This document shows, piece by piece, positions 24,553 through 37,100 of a stretch of 64,000 bases of DNA. The number at the start of each line of letters is the position of its first letter. Within the stretch, counting starts at the first letter, position 1. Position numbers and translations under genes: made by a program. Location of the stretch: assembly GCF_018350175.1 (NCBI RefSeq), contig NC_058368.1, positions 163,124,001 through 163,188,000 on the forward strand, given 5' to 3'. The stretch comes from Felis catus (lineage: Eukaryota). The notes beneath the pieces were generated by a model. The model made no database searches. It was not told where the DNA came from and was given only the letters and a program-made list of their open reading frames with translations.

Positions 24553-25044
24553 AAAGAAACAACGAAGACATGGAGTGAAAACTTCTCTCAAGGAACTTGG
24601 CTATAAAAAAAATAATATAGAAGTAAGGGCAATATAAGATAAAGGAAAGAGCTTTTACATTTTTAACATAGGAGATATATAAATATGTTTCTGAACTGAG
24701 GATAACTTAGTAGCTCCCAGGAAGAAGTGAGATTTGAGATGGAGAAGGGAGGTGACTGATATAGGAGGTTGGGGATCATGGAATCCAGAACAAAGATGGA
24801 GAAATTAGGAAAAGCTAGCAAAGAGCCTCTAAAATGAATGTGAGTGAGTTAAGCCATAAGCTAAGTCATTAAACACACAAACATACTGGAAAAGAATGTG
24901 TGTATTATACTGTAAACAGCTAATCTCCGAGTATATACAAGGCTCTTTGAACTCCGTGAAAGTACGACCAACTATAAATAAAAATAGGGATATGATATGA
25001 GTAGCAAGGTCACAGGAAGGCAAACAACCTATAAAACAGATAAT

Positions 25045-25880
25045 TAAATTCACTCAGAACAAGAGGTATACAAATGAGGATATACAAAGATATTTGTTTT
25101 CACTCATCAGATTGTCAACAATGCAAAAGTTTGACAACTTTGAACTTTTGTTATTGTCACAACCTTAAAAAGAAGGAAAACTTGCAATATATACATATCA
25201 TAAATTTCTTTACCCTTTGAACTAGGAATCCCACTTCTGGGAGTTTATCTCATCCTTAAAGAACACCTTGGTCTTTCAGGATTTCTTTTTTTTTTTTTTT
25301 TAATCTTTTGTTTCTTTAACTTTTCAGATTCTGAACTTCTTGGACTCAAAAATTCCATGTCATTTGAAACATTTTTTTTAATTAGCAAATATTTATATCA
25401 CTCACAAAATAACATATATTCAAGGTTATTTTTTGCAACATTCTTTATAATAGCAAAAGATTAGAATCTCTCTTAGTTTCCACAAATATTGGACTGACTA
25501 AAAATGTCTTATGGTATAGACCATGTAGTTTTAAAAATGAAATGTATATATATTCTGTGTCATAATATATCATCAGAGTATGTGATGTAGAGTACCCTTG
25601 GATAAATTTAAAACTAAAAAAAAAAGAAAAGAAAAGAAAACCATGGTGCAAGACAATGGATATAGTAGCCTTCATCTGTGAAATGAAAGAGGAAAATAAG
25701 AATATATATTTAAATTACATGAAGAGCCACAAGTCAAAACTAAAAGTTAATGCCTACCAAAAGGGGCAAGAAAGGGAAAAGATATGAGAATGTGACTTCT
25801 CAGCATATATCTTTTCATATCATTCTGATTTTTGAATAATTTAACTATGTTAGCTATTACAAAAATAAGAGCATTGAAAG
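25045..25880 (+). mobile_element. Ancient L1M (L1ME-like) fragments
   Basis: cccttttgaactaggaatcccacttctgggagtttatc-type motif; gcaacattctttataatagcaaaagatt. Confidence 0.55.
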
Positions 25881-26394
25881 AAAACATGAAATAAAATCTA
25901 TTGTTTGCACTCCTAACCTTTATTCATGATTAAATCGGTAAATGCTGCACAAAAGCTGTTCTCAGCCATAAGGCTCTAAAACATTTTGTCTCTATCAGAT
26001 GTGAAGTATTCTGTATAATAAAATATCAAGGTTAGGAATGATTTTTTAAAATATATTAAAGCCAGTGTTTTCCCCAATACGCTCATGCACTTAATATCCA
26101 ATGTGCATTTGGAAATGCAGTGCAGTAGTCTTGACCTTATGCACAGGGATTCTTTCCAAGACCCCTCACTGGATGCCTGAAACCAAGCACAGAACTAAAC
26201 CCTGTATGTACTGTATTTTTTCACTACACATACATACCTATGATAAAGTTTAATTTATAAATTAGGCACAGTAAGAGATTAACAATAATAACCAATAATA
26301 TAAAGTAGAACTATTATTAACAATACACAATAATAAAAGTTATGTGAATGTGGTCTCTTTCAAAATATTTTATTGCAGTGTACTCATCTTCCTT

Positions 26395-26592
26395 TAAAAA
26401 AATTTTTTTAATGTTTATTTTTGAGAGAGAGAGAGACAGAGACAGAGCGCAAGCAGGGGAGGGGCAGAGAGAGAAGAAGACACAGAATCCGAAGCAGGCT
26501 CCAAGGTCTGATCTGTCAGCACAGAGCGCGCCGCAAAAATCGAACCCATCGGCCATGAGAACATGACCTGAGCTGAAGTCGGACCGGCGCCC
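26395..26592 (-). mobile_element. SINEC lacking the A-box segment
   Basis: ...gctgaagtcggac|cggcgcccc: the usual gcttaaccgactgagccaccca is missing. Confidence 0.9.
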
Positions 26593-26604
26593 CTCACCTT
26601 TCTT

Positions 26605-26821
26605 TTTTAATTTTTTTTTAAGTTCCTTTATTTTTAAGAGGGGGTAGGGGGAGAGGGCGAGTGCAAGTGGGGGAGGGGCAAAAAGAGAAGGAGGGAGAGA
26701 ATCCAAAGCTCGCTCCTCACTATCAGCGCAGAGCCTCCTGTGGGGCTGGAACTCACAAACCGTGAGTTCATGACCTGAGCCAAAGTCAGAAGCTTAACTG
26801 ACTGAGCCACCCAGGTGCCCT
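26605..26821 (-). mobile_element. SINEC
   Basis: antisense head gagccacccaggtgccc, T-tail. Confidence 0.92.
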
Positions 26822-28806
26822 TGTACTCACCTTTCTTATGATGATGTCAGAAAATAAGTTGCCTCCATGATGAAATGAAGTGAGATGATGTAGGCATTGT
26901 GATGTAGAGTTAGGAAACTACTGACCTTCTGATGATTCATCAAAGAAGGATTGCCTGCTTTCCGGCTGAAGGATCGCATGCTTTACGGCAGAAGGATCAC
27001 CTGCTTGTGGTTGCCTTGATCACAGGTAACTGAAACAGCAGAAAGCAAAACTGTAGACAGACTACTTTACTTGTGGTCTCAATTGGCTCCAGGGTCTCTT
27101 GTGAATGTGACTCACATGTGAATATTATGGCCACATTTTATTGTAGAGAAGCAACAAGTTTAGCAAATGCTATTCTAGGGTTCCCCCCAAAAATGTTTAA
27201 ACGAGAAATCTCAGCTTTGTTTGTATCGCACTGTTAAAATGTGAGAGACAATTCCTAGGAATTTCTACCATCAAAACAGGAAGTATAATGGTTTACCAAT
27301 ATATTACCTGGAACCCAAGAAAGACCATGACTGCCTGGTTCTCTTTTGCTCAGGTTCTGAACTTCTTAGACACAGAAGTCCAGCTCTTGGGAAATATATA
27401 TGTATATGCATATATATATATACACAGGGTTTTGTTTTTGTTTTTATTTTTGTTTTTGTTTTTTTAGTAAGAAGGAGGCTATTTGCATTTGAAACTATGA
27501 AGTTTCGCAGGCCAAATAATGTTTTTTAACCTCATGTCCAAATAAATTCTGACGGAGAGAAAAAGAATAATTTTTCATAGATGTTATTTGTATATCAGTC
27601 CCAAAGAATAAATGCTTTCAACACTGCTGCAAATAGCTCTCGGCTAGTGAAATTTCTGCAACAGACATTTTCCTCTAGAAAGTGTAAAATAAATAAACAA
27701 AACCCGCCACAATGCATTTGGTGGCTTGAATTCTAGGTAGTCTGAATTTAGAGTTACAAATTAGCTTAGCTCTGTATATCCAAAACCTAAAAGAAATTGA
27801 ACTGTGTAAATAGATGAATAAGTAAGTAAATAACTGTGAGTTTACCCCCTACCCAATGAGAAAATTGATCTACAGCATCAGTTCTGATATGGTTCCTTAA
27901 TCAGTAAAATTAAGGGTCTTGGATTAGACTGTATAGAGCCCTCACTACCTTAAACATTCTGATTTCCCTTCCTCTTGGTTGTGCTAGGAAACAAAGTTGC
28001 ATTTTCCGGTGGTCCTTACTCTGAGACCAACATTTCCAACCACATCACTCACTACAATAGACAAGAAAATCTGAGGCTTAAACTATACTTTCTGCCAAGA
28101 AAAATTTTCAGAGACATATTCTGGAATGAGTGGGAGCCCTCTACAATGCAGAGCTCTGAGAGATGAGAATCTTCTTTTTTGTTCCAGCGTTTTCTGAAAT
28201 TCAGAAGCATTATCATTGCTTCATACCCTAGCTGAGCAATATAAGGTTTCTTTCCACAATCTAGGTTGAGAAATACCATATAAGAAAAAAAAAAATCGAA
28301 GTGATCTAACAGCATTCCTCTAAGGTGGTCTGCAACTTTTGCCCTTTCTTAACTGAATATTGAAAAATCTGAAAAAACACAGCTCAAAGAAAATAGATTT
28401 TATATCTTTATTAACTTTAGATGTTTCTCCCAGGAAAGAGAGATTGTTGGCAGAAAATAATGAAAACACAAGGGCTTGTGCTGTATGCTGAAAGAATTGC
28501 TCCTGAGATGATAAAGGTGAATGCAGATAAGGACCATCAAGATGCAGCCTATTTGCTTTTTTTAGCTAAAGAAAATTATGTTTCCATTCCATTCCTATCC
28601 ATCCTGGCTATGAAGTAACTGTCAACCCAGAGATGTAGAAGCTCCAAGTAAATAATGTAGACTTAATTACTTTGGTGCCCTTTAGGTATCTAATGCATAC
28701 TATAGATGATTGCACTGTCATTTTATCACTGGGAGGTACAAAATAATAGGTCCATCTTCAAAGGACATGGCCTTAACAGGACTAGTATTTTTACTTTTAG
28801 TATCCA

Positions 28807-28880
28807 GAGTACTGGAATAAAGGAAATCATTAACTATAACTTAGGAGTATGGAATAAAGGAAATTACTAACTATAACTTA
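28807..28880. repeat. Tandem duplication of a ~37-bp unit
   Basis: gagta(c)tggaataaaggaaat(c/t)a(t/c)taactataactta x2. Confidence 0.9.
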
Positions 28881-29383
28881 AAGCAGAAATATGCATGCAT
28901 TATAGTCATTGCAAGCACTAAGTCAATTTAGGTATTCTCAATGCCACATTTTAATGGAACCAAATTTTCCTACTCGAAATAGGAATTTTATAATAGTCAT
29001 ATGTTAATGGAACAGGAAGAAATTTCTTGGGCCATCTCTGTGCCATGTGGTCCACTGAAACCCCAACTGTAAATATTTCACCTATTTTGAGACACATATT
29101 ATCACGTTTAAACATTCATCACCTCCAAATGAATCTTACATTAGGTACTGAATCAATTTAATTGGCAGTGTTTTTCTTTTTCATTGGTACATAAAATAAC
29201 AGTGCAACTCTGTGATCATGAAGAATGGTAAATGACTGATGCTTTTCTTGTCTCATATGGTAAGAGGATTACTTATTTCATGGAATGAAGCAAATAAATA
29301 AAGCATTAAAATCAGCGTATGTTTTCTCCAGGCACTAAGGGATGCTAATAGTAAAGCACGCAGTAAAGACCATAACATTATTC

Positions 29384-29873
29384 TGTGGTAAGCCGAATAA
29401 TGTCTTTCAAAGATGTCCACATCCAGAACCCCAGAGTCTGTAACTATGTGGCCCAACATGACAAAAGGGATTTCCCAGATGTGATTACATTAAACCCCTT
29501 GAGATAGGGAGATTATCTTGGATTATCTGGGTGGGCCCAGAGTAATCATAAGGGTCCTTATAACAGGGAGGCAGGAGGGGCAGAGTTCAGGAGAGATTTA
29601 AGGATGGAAGAAAAGGTTGGAGTGATGTACTTTGAAGAATGAGGAAGGAATGAAAAGATTGTTTTAGAAGCTGAAAAACATGAGGAAACATTTTCCTTCA
29701 AAGCCTTCAGAAGGAATGTAGTTTTGCCGACACCTTAAATTTAGCCTGTAAGATCTCAGATTTCTGCCTCCAGAACCATAAGATTAATAAATTCACATTG
29801 TTTTAAGCCTGTGAGTTTGTGTGATTTTTTTACACAAAACGGACATTTTTACAGCAATAGGGAACTAATAACA
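29384..29873 (+). mobile_element. MLT1D-like MaLR LTR
   Basis: tgtggtaagccgaataatg...gagattatcttggattatctgggtgggccc...aataaattcacattgttttaagcc...cagcaatagggaactaataaca. Confidence 0.85.
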
Positions 29874-32703
29874 ATCCTCTCCAAGAAACATCCTCTGAAA
29901 AATACAGAATATATTTTACACACCTTCTGGTTGGTCTCAATATATATACATATAGTAATAATTCCATTCTTATTTTATAAGAAGATACAGAGCTCAAAAA
30001 AAAAAAAAGATGGAACAATAGATGTATAGAAAGACGGGTAGATTAGTGAGTGCATAATAAAGCAAAAATAGCAACATGCTAATTACAGAATTGAGGAAGT
30101 AAGTATATGGATATTGGCTGCATACTTTTCCTTTCAACATTCCCATATATTTTTTAAACATTTTGTAACAAAATATTGGTAAGGGGAAATGTCAAATGCA
30201 TATTTGACAGCATTAAAATAGACATGATGTTATTCTTTGAACGAAAAAAAAAACAGCTTTCAGAAGTGACCCTGCAAAAAGATAAGCCCGTGCATGGCTA
30301 GCACTATGTAATTGGGTTAATCCCAACTTTTATATTAGTCGTAATTTTCATTTATGAGGTTTTTTATATATATAAAGCCAAAACCTGGAATGAAAAAAAA
30401 AATGATTCTTTTTCTTCATTAAGAATATTTTTTTATTCAAGCATGACTTTTAAAATGGTAAAAGAAATCACACACAGAATTTAACAACATGTACTGAAAG
30501 ACATGCTTGCTGCAATTCTTATGTCAGCAAAAGAATTATAAAACAACCTTAATATTTCCCAGTCCTGGGAAAAAAATGTGAAGTAGAAATTAGCCTTTAA
30601 TTCTCTTCCACCCTCTCTACTAGGACCCACTCTCTTGACCTCCCCCCCAACCCCTCTCTACAAAGGGATTTGCCCTGTATCAGAGTTGGAAAATGAACAG
30701 CTAGGTTGTTCTTTACCAAGATGGTTTTATTTTAGCCGGCCTCTGCTAAAAATTTCAGTGCCTTTAGTTCCTACAGTAAATGAATAAACAATGGCAGAGT
30801 TCCAAGTTCTGTTCCAAGTCCATGCCACAAAGTATCTGTGAATCTCCAAAAGATGAAGCCTGGCTTGCTTCCAAAATCAGTTCATGAGGTTAGCACTACA
30901 ACCTATTCGCGGTGAATAGCTCCTGTTACCTGGTTAATAAGTGAAATCATGTAGGAACTGTAAAGTAGACTATTGTTTTCTGATTATTTCCATATCTTTG
31001 GATTCAGTTATGCTCACAGTCCACAGCACTGCTTCTGAAATTTTAGAAGAAAACACAATTAATAGGAACAATAAGGTATAAAACTTTTATTCCACCTTTA
31101 AATTCTGTGACTGATTTTCATTATCACACTTATATCTCAACTGGTTAATTGTATTTAATTTTTTTCATATTCCTTCTACTTGTTTCATTATATCTATTAT
31201 CCTCTTAAAATTGCCTATAACCTACAGTAGAGTATCTTCAGAAATTAGCCAATTAAACCAAGGCACAGACCATTAAGTAACTTAATTGTTTGTTCAATGG
31301 ACTTTGCTAGTTTATTTTAGATTATCCTATTTTAAAAATTCACTTAGATGTACTGCCAACATGTAAAGTGCCCTGCTTGATCTCAAGTGAAACCATACTG
31401 TTATTTTACCTTTTCGAATCATCCTTGATTACTGTTGATAACATTTTCCTCCTTTTAGGTTTTAAATTGAACTCCTCCAAAAAAGCATCCCTTATGTCTT
31501 CACCTTCTTTGTTAGTAATATAAAGAATAGAGTCCTCTCTCTCTTTTTCTCTCTTTCTTTTTAATTGCATTGGATTAGATTCCTCAGCTGGGCCCCCAAG
31601 TGCTACTCAGCAATTCTTTTATTTAACTCTAATTGATTCCCTATTGCACTTGCCACAGCAACTGTTTGAAAATGCATCTCAAGGCTCCTAATCCACACCT
31701 GTCATCCTTACTCTCAGTAAATAATTTTGCCCTCTACCTAAATCACACAGACGACCAAAGCCCTCTGAAGGAAATTCCCATTCTGGTATATATCCAGCAC
31801 TTGATATTTTCTTGGAAACTTATTCTTTCTGATTCCTCTATGATCTGAAGGCAGGAATGTTACTTCCTTCCAAGACTAAATCTTCTACATTTTCCACTAC
31901 GTAGGAAAAAACACTGCTTCATCTATAATGTTTGCCCTGTACGAACAAGTAGATTTCCCCCTTTCTACCCCATAGCACACCAAACAAGTCTGAAATATTT
32001 AAACATGACTTTACTGAGGGCTAGAGGATAATGAAAGAGAAAAAGTTCCAAACAGGTATGTGTAACCGGAGGATCTGATTTGCAATACAATGGACCCATC
32101 TTCAGTTTATGGCCTACTGAAGGGTCCTATCTTCTTGGCTTCCTAGACTACCTACACAGAATCCAACAGCATGCAGGAGCATACATCTGGGTAGATGTCC
32201 TCCTCAGGAAGAGGCCAAGATAGCAGGATACAAAGAGGTAAGTATTTCCTTTCTTGACTTCCCAGGGACCACCTTCAGAGTATTCTTTTCTTTTCTTCTC
32301 AAGATGGACGCTAGGAATATCTACTCTACCATGAAAATCACTCTGTGTTCTACCTACATAAATTTTTTGCCCACGTTCTGTAAATACTTTTCTTATCCTG
32401 ATTTATTATCTTTGTTCCTGGAGTACATTTCCTCTGCTTCCCTTCCATGAATTATCTACCCATTCCTTAACACATTTCCAACTTTCGTTTCCTCCAGATG
32501 ACCTTCCCAGGATTGGGAAGGTCTCTAATTGCACTTATTTGTTTTTCCTCTGATGTAGATGATTCTCGACTTGTAGGATATTTGTTAGTTGTATATTTGG
32601 CTGCCTCTTTCACGGGATTGAACTCTTGGGAAGTAAGAAATCTGCCTTTTTCATAATAATATCAAAAATTACATATAAGTTATTATTATAATTTATACTT
32701 ACA

Positions 32704-33070
32704 TGTGTTGAACCCTTTAGGCTGCTTAACAAAAATGCCATAGACTGGGTAGCTTATAAGCAACAGAAATTTATTTCTACAGATCTGGAGATTGGAAAGT
32801 CCAAGATCAAGGGGCCAGCAGATGCTGTGTCTGTGAGGGCTTGCTTTTTGATTTATAGATGGCTGTTTTTTTCTCTATATCCTCACCTGGAGGAAGGAGA
32901 AGGGGAGCTCTCTGAAGTTTTTCAATAAGGGTTTTAGTAAGGCTTTTTTATAATCCCATTAGTGCCCTCGTGATCTAATCACCTTCCAAAGGCCCCACCT
33001 CCAAATACTATCACACTGGGGATTAGGTTTCAACATATGAATTTTTGGAGGATACAGTCAGCCTTTGGCA
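32704..33070 (-). mobile_element. MLT1A0-like MaLR LTR inserted in a MIR
   Basis: ccatagactgggtagcttataagcaacagaaatttatttct...ggccccacctccaaatactatcacactgggg; MIR core follows at about 33100-33270. Confidence 0.85.
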
Positions 33071-33448
33071 TTCTGCTCACGTATGTATCAGATGGTCTGC
33101 TTTCAAAATGTTATCTCATTTCATCTTTACCACAAACTTAAGAAATAGGTTCTATTATTAGCTCCATTTTACAAATGAGGAATAGGGGAAAAGAAGTTCG
33201 ATAACTTGCCCAAATTCCTATGATATTAAGGATTGAACCAGGCTTTATGAGTAAGCATCTAATTCCAGTGATCTCGCCCTTGTGTCTTACACGACCCCCA
33301 CAACAATCCCTTTCACTAACAAGTACTACATAAATGTTGGTTGACTTTGAGATTGCAATGGTTCTTCCATTGAAAGCAAGGTAAGTTTTAGCTCTCAACT
33401 ATATTACATGAGAAAGAAAAGATTAGACTTTAAAAATAAAGTGCATCT

Positions 33449-33697
33449 GGGGCGCCTGGGTGGCGCAGTCGGTTGGGCGTCCGACTTCAGCCAGGTCACG
33501 ATCTCACGGTCCGTGAGTTCGAGCCCCGCGTCAGGCTCTGGGCTGATGGCTCGGAGCCTGGAGCCTGTTTCCGATTCTGTGTCTCCCTCTCTCTCTGCCC
33601 CTCCCCCATTCATGCTCTGTCTCTCTCTGTCCCAAAAATAAATAAACATTGAAAAAAAATTAAAAAAAAATAAAAAAAAAAAAAGAAAAAAAAAAAA
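33449..33697 (+). mobile_element. Young SINEC_Fc-type copy with long A-tail
   Basis: TSD aaaaataaagtgcatc at 33432-33447 and 33698-33713. Confidence 0.97.
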
Positions 33698-34116
33698 AAA
33701 AATAAAGTGCATCAAAAAGACCACTGCAAATAAGAGACCTCAACTCATACAATTTATAGGAAAAGGTATGGTTTGGGTTCATTTGGAATATCAACATGAG
33801 GGTTATTGGCTCCTAATTTAAAATTTTTTGCGGAAAAATAATAAATAAAAACCAAGAGACCATGTGAAGCCACTTACATTTTCTTTATACACATATTCTT
33901 GCACACCTAAGTTATGTTACCAAGTCTAATTGAACAGACTATGTTACCATAACATGTCACCGTTTTATTTAACCCTATCAGTAAACAGTAGTATTCCCCA
34001 TAGTACTTTCCTTTTCAGGCTCTTAAGTTAACTAAGAGCTGTATCTTCTAAATGAATCATCTCTTATAGGGAATTCTTGATGAATGTTGGCTAATACAAA
34101 ATAAATGAATTTTCTT

Positions 34117-37100
34117 GGGAAGGGCAGTTAAGATGGCAAAGTAGGGGACCTGGATTTTCCTTGTCCCTCAAACACAGCTATATTTAGGTCAAATCACTTG
34201 GGACACCCATGAAATAGATCTGTGGAGCAGCAGAAGGATCTCCATAGCTGGAGGAAGACAACTTGGCAGGATGGAGGTGTATATATGTGTGTTGGGGGAG
34301 ATAAAACAGTGGAGCTGTAGAGGAAAGGGAACCCTTTCTGTGGAAAGACAAAAAAGAGAGAAAAGAGAGAGGGGTTGTGAAAATATGGCATGGAGTTAGC
34401 ACAAGAGGAAAACCTCTCTGGACCACGGACTTGTGCAAACAGCCTTTGGAGCTGAAACTCCAAGGCTTTGAAAGTGCACGACTTTCTCCAAAGCAGAACC
34501 ACAGCGCGTGCTCCTGGGGAGGGGGAGAGCTGGCCCAGGGGTGCATAGCATGGTGTAGTGATCTCCGAGGCACATTGGGAGAAAATGCTTCCTTTCCTGG
34601 AGTACTTTGGGAAGAGGGCTTATTGCCTCCCCAAGGACAAAAGACCCTGCAGGTTCCAGCCACAGGTCTTTCATCAGCAGGGTGACAGGCTCTACTTGCA
34701 AGCAGGGGAGAGAATCCACACAGTGCTGGGTCCTTTTAAGACATGGGGTTTTGAACCCCAGCTGAGCACCAAGAAGAAGGAGCAGGAGAACTGTGGTGCA
34801 GGGCAAGCCAACTGCCCTCACTATTCTGTGAGGGCTGCCTGAACAGCATGGGTTCAGATTCCTGGTCCACAGTGGAGAAAGTGGGGTGACACTGACACCA
34901 TTTTTCTCCTCAACACCAACATGGTGGGACTTCAGAGAGCAGCACAACAGCTCCCAGTGGAGGCAGGACAAGCTTATAACCAAACCTCACCCTTCCGTGC
35001 CTGGCAAATGGTTAGTTATTGGAGCAAGACTGACTGAGCCAACACAGCCAATACAGTGACAGCAAGGATGGGAGAAGCAGAGGAGAAAATAGATAAGATA
35101 GAAAATAAAATTATGGAAAATAATAAAGGTGGAAAAAAGAGGGAAAAGGAATTACTAGATGACAAGGGGATAAAACAAAACAATACCCTTATCATAGGAT
35201 TCCCAGAAGAGTGAGAAAAAGGGGCAGGAGGTTCATTTGAACAAATTATAGTGGAGAAGTTCCCTATTCTGGGGAAGGAAACAGGTATCCAAGTCCAAGA
35301 GGCCTAGAGAACTCCCTTCTAAATCAACAAAAGTAGGTCAACAACACAACATATCATAGTAAAACTTGCAAAATACAAAGATAAAGAGAGAATTCTGAAA
35401 GCAGCTAGGGACAAAAGGTTCTTAAACTAACAGGGTAGACCCACAAGGGTAGTAGCAGACCTGTCCACTGAAACTTGGCAGGCCAGAAGGGAGTGGCAGG
35501 AAATATTCAATACTCTGAATATGAAAAACAGGAGGCCAAGAATCCTTTATCTATCGAGGCTGTCATTCAGAATAGGAAAAAGGACAGATAAAGACTTCCC
35601 AGACAAACAAAAACTAAAAGAGTTCATGACAACTAAGCCAGCCCTGCAAGAAATTCTAAGGGGGACTCTGTGAGTAGAAATCAAAAGAGACTACAAATGA
35701 CCACAGAACATCACCACAAACATGAAATCTATGGATAACACAATGGCACTAAATTCATACTTTAAATAATCACTCTGAGTGTAAATGGACTAAATGCCCC
35801 AAACAAAAGACATAGGGTATCAGAATGGATAAAATAACAAGATCCATCTATATGCTGCCTAGAAGAGACTCATTTTAGACCTGAGGAACCCTACAGGTTG
35901 AAAGTGAGGGGATGGAGAACCATCTATCATGCTAATGGAGGTCAGAAGTAAGCTGAAGTAGCCATACTTACATCAGCCAAACTAGATTTTTTTTATTTTT
36001 TTTCAATATATGAAATTTATTGTCAAATTGGTTTCCATACAACACCCAGTGCTCATCCCAAAAGGTGCCCTCATAAATACCCATCACCCACCCTCCCATC
36101 CCTCCCACCCCCCATCAACCCTCAGTTTGTTCTCAGTTTTTAACAGTCTCTTATGCTTTGGCTCTCTCCCACTCTAACCTCTTTTTTAATTTTTTTTCCT
36201 TCCCTTCCCCCATGGGTTTCTGTTAAGTTTCTCAGGATCCACATAAGAGTGAAAACATATGGTATCTGTCTTTCTCTGTATGGCTTATTTCACTTAGCAT
36301 CACACTCTCCAGTTCCATCCATGTTGCTACAAAGGGCCATATTTCATTCTTTCTCATTGCCACGTAGTACTCCATTGTGTATATAAACCACAATTTCTTT
36401 ATCCATTCATCAGTTGATGGACATTTAGGCTCTTTTTGTAATTTAGCTATTGTTGAGAGTGCTGCTATAAACATTGGGGTACAAGTGCCCCTATGCATCA
36501 GCACTCCTGTATCCCTTGGGTAAATTCCTACCAGTGCTACTGCTGGCTCATAGGGTAGATCTATTTTTAATTTTTTGAGAAACCTCCAAGCTGTTTTCCA
36601 GAGCAGCTGCACCAGTTTGCATTCCCACCAACAGTGCAAGAGGGTTCCTGTTTCTCCACATCCTCTCCAGCATCTATAGTCTCCTGATTTGTTCATTTTG
36701 GCCACTCTGGCATGAGGTGATATCTGAGTGTGGTTTTGATTTGTATTTCCCTGATGAGGAGTAACGTTGAGCATCTTTTCATGTGCCTGTTGGCCATCCA
36801 GATGTCTTCTTTAGAGAAGTGTCTATTCATGTGTTCTGCCCATTTCTTCACTGGGTTATTTGTTTTTCGGGTGTGGAGTTTGGTGAGCTCTTTATAGATT
36901 TTGGATACTAGCCCTTTGTCTGATATGTCATATGCAAATATCTTTTCCCATTCCGTTGGTTGCCTTTTAGTTTTGTTGGTTGTTTCCTTTGCTGTGCAGA
37001 AGCTTTTTATCTTCATAAGGTCCCAGTAGTTCATTTTTGCTTTTAATTCCCTTGCCTTTGGGGATGTGTCGAGTAAGAGATTGCTACAGCTGAGATCAGA

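Larger units (their letters stand above)
23370..24820 (-). mobile_element. L2 fragment split by an L1+SINE insertion (L2 parts about 23370-23720 and 24565-24820)
   Basis: L2 antisense motifs on both sides of the insert. Confidence 0.55.
26123..27066. mobile_element. MER44-family (Tigger7-derived) element split by two SINEs
   Basis: ends cagtagtc...gactact; atacctatgataaagtttaatttataaattaggcacagtaagagattaac. Confidence 0.85.

Noticed and set aside
33449..33530. tRNA gene-like A/B boxes
   Set aside because: These are the tRNA-derived heads of CAN-SINEs, not tRNA genes
34184..34983. ORFs of 94-195 aa in the L1 5' region as ORF0-like genes
   Set aside because: Decayed 5'UTR sequence with no motif or conservation evidence visible
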